Shown: piece by piece, positions 37,901-49,900 of the stretch
Numbering within the stretch: position 1 is the stretch's first letter
Layout of the letters: every line of letters starts with the position of its first letter
Source of the DNA: Cyanophora paradoxa CCMP329
Taxonomy: Eukaryota; Plantae; Glaucophyta
Length of the DNA stretch: 64,000 bases
Assembly (NCBI GenBank): GCA_004431415.1
Contig: QPMI01000294.1
Location: 1-64,000 of the forward strand
Direction of reading: 5' to 3'
Position numbers and translations under genes: made by a program
The notes under the pieces: generated by a model
What the model was told of the DNA's origin: nothing
The model's input: the letters and a program-made list of their open reading frames with translations, nothing else
Databases searched by the model: none

Positions 37901-40900
37901 CTCGCGGAAGGGGTTGGCGCGGGGCTCGCGGGAGGCTCAACGTAGATAAGCCATTCCTGCTCTGTGTGACCTGCAAGGCGTTCTAAGCATCGAACAATAT
38001 GCCTAGGTACATATATGCCTTCAAATTATCCAGGGAGCGCCAGAGCACTCACTGTCGTCGTTCTTTTGAAATGAAACCCACATGTTGCTGTTGACGTAGC
38101 TGGTGCCTCCACCGCCGCTAGTGATAACCATTGATGATTTTATATAGGTGTACACCCCGATAGGAGGCGTGAGGGCAGCGCCTTGGTCCGATCTCGGGGA
38201 AATTCTCAGAGTTCCCTGCTCGTCCACAGAGTGCGTTATAATTGAAGTTCGATATTATACTGCGCACGCAAGGCGACAGGCCTAGGCGCACGCGGTTTCC
38301 GTTGTACTGAATCCTTTGGAGCTGATCCCATGCGTTGTCGAAGTACCAGCTGCTGATCTATGTGCAACGTCATGAAGCCATTGCGATTTTCACCCTTTTT
38401 GACCTTCTCACTTACTGCATTGTTGCGGGCCTCCTGTTGCGTCAGCGGTGCTGTGCCACTGCGGGGGACAGGGGAGGTTCAGTGATTTCAATTAGAGGTT
38501 CGACGCAAACGTATATATACGTACAGAATGTCCAGCACCCAGCCTGTTGATCATGAAGTACAGTGCGAGCCATGTGCACATGTACGGTTATTGCTGCAGC
38601 TGCGCATACACACATCGCAATTGCGCACCCCACTTCGTATACAGCACGGAGTAGGTGCTGTTGAACTCCGCGGGCATGTCTGTGAAGGTAATGCACGCTC
38701 CGTAGCAATTTGTTGATAATACCGAACAGGTTATAGCGCCCACTGCTGTACATTGCTGGAGCTGAAACCCGTTCGAGCAGAGCCCGCGCTTGGTAACCGG
38801 TGCGGGGCACATTCTCTTGAAGAGCTGGGAGTCGCTCTGGGGGCTGCCCGACGCTGCACGCGCGATAGGACGTTAACCTTGCGAAAGCTGAAGTTTCAAT
38901 CGTTGCGCTCACAGGTGTTGCACTTCGTGACAGTCCTGCGCAGATCAACCGGCATCAATGTCAGCGGCCCTCCACATGGACAAGAGAACGTTAACGCGCT
39001 CGCGTTTATACGACGCGAACCATTTAGCAGTAGTTGCAGAGGTCGATGTAAGGCAGTAGCTGCGGCGCTGACTTCAATGCGGCGGCCACTGCGAGGCAGC
39101 GGACCAGCCGGCGCCATCGCGAGAACCTAACCTCGGATCGTACGCGTTGACGAGCTTGAACCAGACGTTCTCATCAGGGACGACGGTCGTGAGATTGACT
39201 GTCACGTCCCCCCAGGTGGCCTTGTATTCTGCGGGATGCGTGATCACGATCATTAGGAAGCGCCTGCAAAATATTAAAATAGGCGCACTTGGTGACGTTC
39301 TAGTTCCGAAAATCGGCGAAGCCTGCTTGCCAGGGATTGTGCCGTTGCACTTGAAGTACGGCTCCCTCGGAATCGCAGGACAATCTGTGTTAACAGAAGA
39401 TCAGCGACAGTCTTCAAGACTGCGCATCGCTCTCATCGCGATAGCTTCGAATCTCCGCACCCGCGCCCAGAGCCCTCGCGCGAATTGTGAAACCCTTGTA
39501 GAACCGCGTGGGGTCGCCTCCAAGAAAAAAATGGTAAAGTGGGGCTACTGTCACCACATCGATTAATTCCCAATATATCAAACAATCCCAATCAAAATCC
39601 TCTCGATTCTCAGTCTTTACCAATCAGAATTCAACAAATTCTCAGTCTCTCAATCACAATTAATCGAAGTTATATCTTAAATTAATTAATCGAAGTTATA
39701 TCATTATCTCGATTCATTATATTTAATCGAAGTTATATCTTAAATCTTATTTATCGAAGTTATATCATAATCTCGATTAATTATATTTAATCGAAGTTAT
39801 ATCAATATCTCGATTAGTTATATTCAATCGAAGTTATATCAATTTTAAACGTAATCAAATTTTGACCGATCCAAAAAAATGACGACTGTTTTTAAATTAA
39901 CCATATCGATCTGTAAATGACCACCATAATACCAGAAGATGTTGAAGAGATTCTTCAAGATATGCCCATAATTCCAGATGAGCAACAATTAAGCAAATTG
40001 ATTGAGAAAACCGCTAATAGTGCTGGTTTAAATGTTAACAAACTACCAAGCAAATATAAAACAAATCTTATGAAAGGCTTCTTATCTACCATGGAAACTA
40101 TGAACACACACCAATACTCACAAATATTAGAAAAAAGACACGATGTAAACCATACACGCTGTAAATTACGTAGGAAATTGATTTTGAAAAACGCAATGGA
40201 CACGAAATGAGTTTCAAACATTCCTTGTTATCTAAACCGTTATTGTTGTGGGTTCATTACTAATTCGTATTGATTCTCTCTTTTTTATCGCTCGTCTCTT
40301 AACAAACTTCTTAAAGCCTTTCATATCATCATCTGTTAATATTGCGCGGTCTGTGTATACTTTGATATCATACCCTTGCAATCCAGTTATGACTGTTTGG
40401 TAATTGTAACCCCACATTTTATGTAACTCTTTGTAGGTCTTTTTATCAAGACCCCCATTATACTCATCATAAGCGCAGTTAAACTCCTTCTCATTCCCAA
40501 GAATATTGAAAAATACTACGAACTCAACATTTCGACGAATTGTAGTAGAAATAGAGCATAAACGTTGAGTATTAATAATTACTGTAATCGAATAATGACG
40601 GGCTGTCGTGATCAGTTTAGATAACACAGCCGAATTATGCATATCTAAATTGGAACCGATCATATCATCAAGTATAATAACAAGATTGTTGCGTTTTTCA
40701 TTATTTTCAATTCGTTTCTTTTGCATGCTAATGAGTTTCACTACTACATTATCGTCCCATTCCTCATAGATATTATCAGGATGCGTTATATCTCTGAACT
40801 GACCTGTAAATGCAGTAGAACTAAAAACTACAATCTGATCGATCTTATCCCTCAGTTCATAAAGTAGATATTTGCAGTAGGTTGTTTTTCCCGAGTTGCT

Positions 40901-43900
40901 GCGCCCGCAAAGTAAAAAACGCGTGCTTAACTTTACTGTTCTTGCAGGCTCAAACTCTGGGATGTCGTTCAAATCAATATCCATTCCTGTGTTATCCATT
41001 ACAGTAATAAGATAAAAAACAAAATAAACCACTTAGCGCATGCAAGGCATGCTTGTCATGCCGACCCTACTACTTTTGCGCTTCCTACTCTAACGAAAGA
41101 AAAGAATCTACTTCCTTCGGTCGTTGCGCGCGGGCGAAACCGCGCTTAGAAGTTCGAGACTTTCAGGGTAGAAATGTTGTAGCCATTGAGGACCATAACA
41201 TTGTGTCGTAGGGCATAGATATCAACCTGAACAGGAGCAGCATCAGTGCATCCCGAAACAGTGAGATCCATGTAACTGGAACTGCTGTTGAAGAAATCCT
41301 GGTAACCATAACACTGTTCCGAAGCGAATCTTTTCCAGATTTGGAAAGAACGATTCCGTAAATATTTCCATTCTCGAATCCATAAGTAGTATTGCCAACA
41401 GTAACACCCTTGTAATGAGAAGGAATGTGATTGATAGCCGAGAGGAAACCAGAAATGGGTTTGTTGGAGATATCGAGGGAGCGATTGTTGTGGAAGATCT
41501 GGAACTGATCGATCTTAACATCCGATACATGACCACAGAAATCCGAGTGAGTGTAGGTATTTAGTTTGTTCACCTCTCGAACAGTCATGAGAATTGAATG
41601 AACCAGTCCGGAAACATTAGCGAGTGTAACCTCAACCGATTCACCAGCATCAGCGGTTTTGAGCGCTCGTGTCTTCTTGTGGATGACCTCTGTGATCGGA
41701 ATGCGAATGCCACCTTGTTCATTTGCCATTTTCAAAAGTGTCTCAGCCTCAGCCGAAGCGATGTTTACGAATTGACAGATCAGGGAGCAATCTGAAAAGG
41801 TAACAGATCCACCGGCAGGAACTTTGACAATTGCAGCATCACGGAAATCAACCTCGATTGTTGGCATATCAGCCAGAGTGCATAGTGGAAAATAGGCATC
41901 ATCCCAGAAAGCAGCCGGGATTTTAACGATGTATTCCATAGCCTCATCTGTGCTTTCACGATCAAGTTCTTTGAAGTAACCGAGAGAAGCATACATGCTG
42001 CTCATTGTAGCATGATCATTATCAATCAGAGCGTTAACAGTAATCCAGTCACCAGGGATGATATACTTGAAACCACCATGAACAAAGCGGACCTCATTAA
42101 TAAAGGAAGAACCACCATTAGGGAGGGTGCAGGCTACACCACCACCAGTGGCAATCTTGAAATAGAGTGAAACACCAGCAAGGAGTTGTTTGCGAGGTAG
42201 ATCGAAGTAAGCGGTATTCTTAAAGCCAAAAGTATTGCCTCGGGGACGAACTTGCTCGAGGAATGGTTTGTACTTGGGGTTGGTTCCGATTTGGAGACCA
42301 GGGGAAAGATAAATTTGATCAGAACCGGGAGTAACGAGGAGTTCCTTAAGGGTAGTTCCAGTGAGTGCCATCTCTTATGTTTAAAATACCAAAAGAAATT
42401 TTTAAAATGCTTTATTAAACAGAATGACGCGTCATTACCTTAATATTGATTCCAGGGACCGAGATGATGGAACCCCAACGAACTTCACTTATAAAATTCC
42501 CCATGCAATCCAAAATGTGAGAGCCTGCAGAGTGACTAACTTTGAGATGTTCAATAACATTTACAATCTCAGCGAAAATGGAAGTTTGATTACAGGAACC
42601 TATGATGCTGGGGATGTAATTAAAACTAAGAATAACACTATTTCAAAAGGGACATATACTTCGGATAGTTTGGTGAATCTTCTAAATGCCAAATTAGCTT
42701 CACAGGTGTATGGTGCAGCAGGAACTACCTATACTCGCCATTTCTACGTTACATATGATCCTGTTACCATGTTTCTAAGGTTCATGTGCGATGCAACATT
42801 TACCCTCACCTTTGGAAGTCGGATTTTAGCGAACTTCCTTGGTTTCCCAGATCGCAGACCTGACAGTTCTGAAAATGGTTACGCTTCTGCCCTGCTCGAT
42901 TCACCTGTAACAGTTGGAGCTAATACTTATAATTACTACATTGACAGTGCTATACCGCTTGATCTTCTGTTTAACTCTTACATCCTTCTACATGTCGATC
43001 CACTCAAAGGCAATTATGTTAGCAAGAATACCAGTGATGATAAAGCCCTCGCAAAAATCGAGATTGATCAAACGGTAGGCAGTCTGCTAAAATACGATTC
43101 ATCGAATAATTCCATGATCCTGCATGAGCAAAATGGTTTAGTGGAAGTGGAAACGCTAAAAGTTCGTCTCACATACTGGAATGGTGCTGAAACGGATATT
43201 ACCACTGACTGGTCGATGACACTTGAACTCATTACGGAAGATGATAAAGATCTGACCAAGAAAGCATTGAAGAATGTCATTAAAGAGTTGGAGGGACTCT
43301 ACTTGCCGTTCTCACGGTCATAGGAAATACTGTAGAATAAATTTGTCTCGATATTACAAATGGCAACTCGAAAGACCCAGCCAAAGAATTTCTTAGCCAA
43401 ACCAGTTGAGCAAGCGGAACCAGAACGGAAACAGTTTAAGAAATCAAAAGGAACCGCTGCATATGGAACTGGTGATCTCGATAAAAATGTTCACCAGACC
43501 ATGAATGCTCACACAATTGCGCTTACTTCAAACTCAAATGATGATAATGCCCTGGTTGATCAAGTCCCACTGAACCGCATGCCTGGAGCCAAACGAGGAA
43601 TCAAGAAAGGACAGTTCAAATCATCGACAAAGGACAAGGTTGCCTCATCATCAACACTGCTGAAACTGCTTGATGGTGGTGAGCGACTCTACTCAACCTA
43701 TTCCGAGAAAGACCATCGCAACCGCTACTTTATTCGTTCAACCACTGGTGGACTGAAATCTGTGACATACCAGTATGCTAAGAGTCTTGTTGATGGTATC
43801 GCAGCAGAGACCAAAACGAAAACAGGATCAAGGAACAGCCAATCACAAAGGAAAAGGTTGAGAAGAAACCAGAAGTAACCCATGAAGTCATCCCTGAACC

Positions 43901-46900
43901 TGTTCATGTTGCAAAAGAATCGCCAGCCGAATTGATTGCAAAGACCATCGATTATCAAGAGTCCAACAAAACGGATTTGCCGGTCCTCAATAAATCGATC
44001 CTTCGGGTTGCCACTTCGCAGGCTGATCCAGTCAACTCGATTCCAAATGCTGCCCCAATGGTCTCAGGGTTTGCCAAGCTCGGTATTAAACCTGGTTATC
44101 GCCGTTAAGGGACGGCTCACGCATCATTTCCGAATTAAAAAAATCTTGAACATTGTTAGCGCTACGTAACCAATCTTATCCCGTAGGCTCAAAACTTCTT
44201 CATTTTTATGGAGGCGTTGTAGAGCGAAGTGAATTATCCACAGATATCACTTTAATCACCTGTTCTACCGGGTTCAGTGGTAGAAACTTGCAGCCGACAA
44301 GTGAGCCTATTTGGTTTCGGTGGCTTTATCATTTTTCCAGCATCTTCTTTCAGAATTGGATGCTCTGCGATTGGGACCAAAATTTGACAGGAGTTTAATC
44401 GCTATATACAGACAGAAAAACTACTTAAAGATTTCTTAACATATATTAAGAGAGTAGAAAAGGACAAAATGCCAATCAGTGAGGCTCAGAAGCGTGCTAC
44501 TTACCGTTATCGTAAAACTGAAAAAGGTCAGGAATATTTAAAAAAGTATAATGCGAAATTCGCGAAGCAAATGCGTGATTTATACCATACTGATGAGTGT
44601 TACAGAGCCATGAGAATCGTTGAGAGTTCCCAGCGTCTCTATGCTTCCAATGCAGTCTGCTTTGTGAAGTATCTCTATGGTGTCCCGTATTCTAACCGTG
44701 GTCGCAAATCGAAATATCTCTGTTAATCGTTTTTCTCAGCGCGATCTGCTCTGAGAAACCCGTGGGAACCGCGCTGGAACCACAAATAAAATCTTTCTGT
44801 TATTTTTAGAGTTCAATGATCGAGCCAACCCTTTGTTATTTTTATGAATGCCCTCGACTAAATATATTTTGTTGGAGACTTTTGGTTTTGCCGGTAAAAT
44901 TTGACGCGAGTATAAAAGTATTTAAAGAAAACTTTTGTAGGTATATATTAATAGAGTGAACAAAGAAATGCCTCGACCAAGTAATCGAATTTCGAAGAAT
45001 TTGCAGGATGAGATTCTCGGTTACTACATGCAAGCAAAAGTAGAAGACAAATTGACCCGAGAGCAGGATATCTATTTCTTGAGAGAATTTACTTTCAAAG
45101 CAATTAGAATTCCAAAGTTGATTGATATCAGAGATACACTGAGAGGTATCGTAGAGCCTCGTTTGTATCGCAAGCAGGAGAAGAAGGAAGCCAGAGCGGA
45201 GAGGACTGCAAAGAATGTTGCAAAACGGCAAGCAAAGACCAAAGAAGTGCAGAAATACAAAAGAAATCAGCAGAAGAAGGCCAAGAAGCAAGAGAGGGTT
45301 CAAAAATGGAAGTCAAAGCAGGAAGCCAACCAGGTTCAGGTAATGAATGCCATGAATCACTTAGTCGAAGAGCTTACATGGAAAAACGCTAAGAAAAACC
45401 TAATTAACACAATCCATCGGTTTATCACTGAGAAGATAGGATGGGATGATCTCCATAGAAGACTTCAAGAGGCTTTGGACAGACACAATGGAATTAAGTT
45501 CCAGTTCAAAGTGAAGGCCAATTACAAATACAAGGAGAAGCAAAATGGAAGGTGGACAGGAGAGTACCAATACGCAACCAGATATCCAAGCTCAATGCAG
45601 TTTTACCTAGTTCTTCCAGCAAATGACCTAACGGATATCGTAAGACAAGCTGTGGATGATCTGCATGAAATCATGACAGCCATTGAGTATGCAGAGGTTC
45701 ACAATATTCTCGAAGTAACCCTACAAATTCTATCTTACACACCTCTGACAGGAAGTTCTTACATTCCTCTTCCAGAAGAGATTGAAAAGAGAAAGGCTGT
45801 TATCAATCCTAAGAATGAAGACCAAGAATGTTTCCGACATGCTGTTAAGATTGGCTTGCATCACAATGATGTCATTCGAAACCACAGATCTGAATTGAAA
45901 CGATACAGTAAGTGGGACAAGGAATTTGATTGGAGTCGCTTTGAGTTCCCAGTCAAGAATGATTCTAGAGTTTACGATCTAGCTTCAAAGATGATTGGTA
46001 GACCTATCAATGTCTACTTCCTTGATAACAAGAAACGAGTCTTCCCTATCCATGTGAACAAGAACCCAGCAGAGCAGCACAAGACCATTGACCTTTTGAT
46101 GTGGAGTGATGGGAGAACACCCATTATGGCTTCATTTCAAGTCTATCGAGACTCATTCCAAGCTCACACAAGGAAACGAAGTATTTCTGTAAATGCTGCT
46201 TGAAGGGATTTACAGGTCAAAGGATCCTCGATAATCACATTAGACTAAGCAGATGCTATGAACGACCAACAGCAACTATTGATGTGATGCCTGAAGCAGG
46301 AAGCTGTATTATGTGGGATCCACAGAGAAATGCAGACAAAACAGTTTGGCATCCGATGTTTGCAGTTGCTGATTTCGAGTGTCTCCTGAAATCTGTTGAA
46401 AGTGTTGTGACTCGTGTTGATGAGAAAGGTGTTAAATACGATTCAAATAATAACGAGATCAACACCGAAATTTACCAAAAGCACATCCCTTGCGCTTACA
46501 AAATCATGATCATGCATAAGGACAAGATCCTAAGAGAAGTCCTCTACCAGAAACAAGATCCAAACAACGATGATGAGGTAATCAATCATTTCATGACAAC
46601 TCTCAAAAATATGGAGGCTGAGTTGCTTGAAAAGGTGAGAGAGGTCGAGCCAATAAAGATGGATCGATATGATAAAATGAATTTCAAAGAAGCCACATGC
46701 TGCTACATTTGCGAGGATCAATTCGTTAAATATGGCGAAGAGGGTAAGGTTTTCATTACAAAGAAAGTCAGGGATCATGATCATACCACAGGTAAATATC
46801 TTGGGGCTGCCTGTGATAAATGCAACCTGAGAAGAAGGGTTAACCCTAAAATTCCTGTTATATTCCACAATCTGAAAGGGTATGATGGACACTACATTCT

Positions 46901-49900
46901 AAAAGCTCTCGGTGAGCATGCAGACCCAGGAAAAGAGATCCGCTGTATCGCTGAGAATTTCGAGAAGTTCAAGTGTTTCGACTTTAACAGCTACAAATTC
47001 GTTGATTCCCTGAATTTCATGCAAGAAAGTCTTGACAAACTTGCTAGTAATCTCGGTCACAGAGACAACTATAAATACACCAATGAATGGTGTGACCAGC
47101 ATACAATTACGGAGACCCAAAGAGAACTCCTGATGAGGAAGGGATTCTTCCTTATGATTACTTGGATTGCCTTGATAGACTCAGCGAAACTAAACTTCCC
47201 AGCAAAGAGGCTTTCTTCTCAAAGCTTAATGATCGTGAAATTAGCGACAGTGACTACAAGCATTGTCAGAAGGTGTGGGATGCATTTGATTGCAAGACAC
47301 TTGGAGATTACATGAAGATCTACCTTGAAACTGATGTGTTCCTTCTCGCTGATGTGTTTGGTCACAATTTCCGACAGAGATGCTATAAAGATTATGGACT
47401 TGATCCTATCCATTTCATTTCAGCTCCACACCTCAGTTGGAATGCTATGTTGAAACTTACGAAGGTTGTTCTCGAAAACATTGATGATGATGAAATGTAT
47501 CGTATGTTCGAGCTTGGAATTCGTGGTGGAATATCGATGATAGCTACGCGGAATGCTCAGGCTAACAATCCATACATGAAGAACTTTGATCCAACAAAGC
47601 CAATAAAATACATCATCACATGGGATGCCAACAATTTGTATGGATTTGCTATGTGTCAAAAGTTACCTATTGGTGATTTTGAATGGATCGATAACGTTGA
47701 AGACTTTGATTACATGAAATTTGATGCTGATGGTGAAACTGGGGCATTATTGGAGGTTGATTTGGAGTATCCAGATCATTTGCATGATGAGCATAGCGAT
47801 TACCCACTAGCACCTGAATCTATGGTAGTAACTGAGGACATGTTATCACCTTCCCAACTTGAAATGCTTGGTGAAGAAAAGCTTCCTGGAAACCGAAAGT
47901 TGGTACCCAATCTGAACAACAAACACAACTACGTTCTTCACATCAAGAATCTGCAATACTATGTATCAAAGGGTATGATTGTGAAGAAGATCCATCGAGG
48001 GATTGAATTCAAACAATCGGCTTGGTTGAAACCTTACATTGATTTCAATACTGAGAAAAGGAAGCAGGCACAAAATGATTTCGATAAGGATTTCTACAAG
48101 CTCATGAATAATTCGGTGTATGGAAAAACCATGGAGAATGTCCGGAATCGTAGCAACATCAAACTCTGCCACAACCCAGAGAAGCAGGCGAAACTGAATG
48201 CAAACCCTCTACTGAAAAAGGTTAAGATCATCACCGAGAACCTGACAGCAGTTGAAATGTATCGTGGAACTATTCTTCTCGATAAACCAATCTATGTTGG
48301 TCAGGCGATCCTTGATTTATCAAAACTTGTCATGTATCAGTTCCACTACGATTACATTCGCAAGAAGTATGGATCGAAAGCCAAACTCCTCATGACTGAC
48401 ACAGATTCGCTGTATTACATTATTGAGACCGAGGATCTATACAAGGATATGAACTCTGACTCTCATTTGTTCGATCAATCGGAATACAGTCCTTCTCACA
48501 TTTGCTACAATCCTCAAAATAAAAAGGTTCCTGGTTTATTCAAGGATGATGCCGGTGATTTGGTTGTAACTGACTTTGCAGGATACAAACCAAAGGCCTA
48601 CTCTTATTTGAAGGATTTGAATGTCAAGGCTCTTGGTTCGGAAGAAGATGTGAAAAAGGTGATTGCTAAAAGGTTGAAGGATAGTGGGAAAAGTTCAGAA
48701 GAAGATGTAAAGAAAGATACTGTAAAGAGGTTGAAGGGAATCCAGAGATGTGTAGTTAAAAACAAATTAGAGTATAAGCATTTCTATGATACTGTCATGG
48801 GGCAAGAGCAGGATCCTGTTACAGTTAGAGGAATTCGTTCAAAGAACCACGAGGTATCAACACTTGAAATGAAAAAGAGGGCATTCAATGCGCTTGATAC
48901 CAAGAGGTATCTTTGCGAGGATAAGGTGAATACTCTTGCAATTGGGCATTACAGAACTCGCTAAGGTTAGGTTAAAGAAATTGATTGCTTATTGTAAGCG
49001 GCAAGCAAGCGAGCCTTAGCGAAGCATGGAGCAGGTATTGAGCTATACAAAATATAGACAAAAGCTAATCAATGAGGGTGTAAAGTTTGATGAGGATGAA
49101 TTGAAAAAGAGATTTAAAAACAGTGAATTGAATCAGATTTTCAAGAAGCCTACCAAGCCGAAATCGTTTCTTAGAATCGTAGCCCCACCCAATTCTTTTC
49201 AGGTTGATATTATATATTTCAAGGATTATAAGACAGCAAACTATGGTGTGGATCGCATGCTAGTATTCGTAGATATTTTGAGTAGGAAGGGCTTTATATT
49301 TCCTTTCAAAATGGTCACTGGGAAGGAGAAGAACGATGAGAAGAAGATTGAGATTCTAAACAAATTTAAAAGCCAAGCTGGAACAGTCCAAGCTCTTTCC
49401 GGAGATAAGGAGTTTTCAGGGAATATTTACAAGAAATGGTGTGAGGATAATGGTGTGGTTTTATACACAGACATTGCCAAAGATGACCACATTACAGTTG
49501 GGGATAAACTCGGAATAGTTGATAGGTTCACAAGAACAATCAAGCAGTATTTAAGGAAGGCTATAAAGTCAACTGGGAACTCGAAGTGGACTGAATTTTA
49601 TGAAGATGTGCTGGCGACTTACAATAACAGTCCACACAGTTCACTGAAGAATGATTCTCCAAATGCTGTGTATGGAAATAAAGAAAAGGAAACGTATGTT
49701 TACTTTCGTGATTCACTGCATAATAAGCATGTGAGAGAGGGATTACCAAAAGTGCAAGAAGGAGATTATGTGAGGGCTGTGAATCCAAAGGGAGTTTTCG
49801 AGAAAGAGGGTGCAAGGTTCAGTGAGAAAGTGTTTAAGGTGGCTGGTAAAGTTCAGAATAAATACAAACTTTTGGAGGATAATGAAGGTGAAACAGTTCG

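Noticed and set aside
39661-39840. Repeat-spacer pattern resembling a CRISPR array
   Set aside because: Repeats are 16 bp, spacers are short and similar to each other, the array is mirrored in the opposite TIR, and there are no cas genes in this eukaryotic context.
5343-47150. Programmed ribosomal frameshifting in viral genes
   Set aside because: Shift positions differ between homologs and lack conserved slippery sites; indel error or decay is the simpler explanation.
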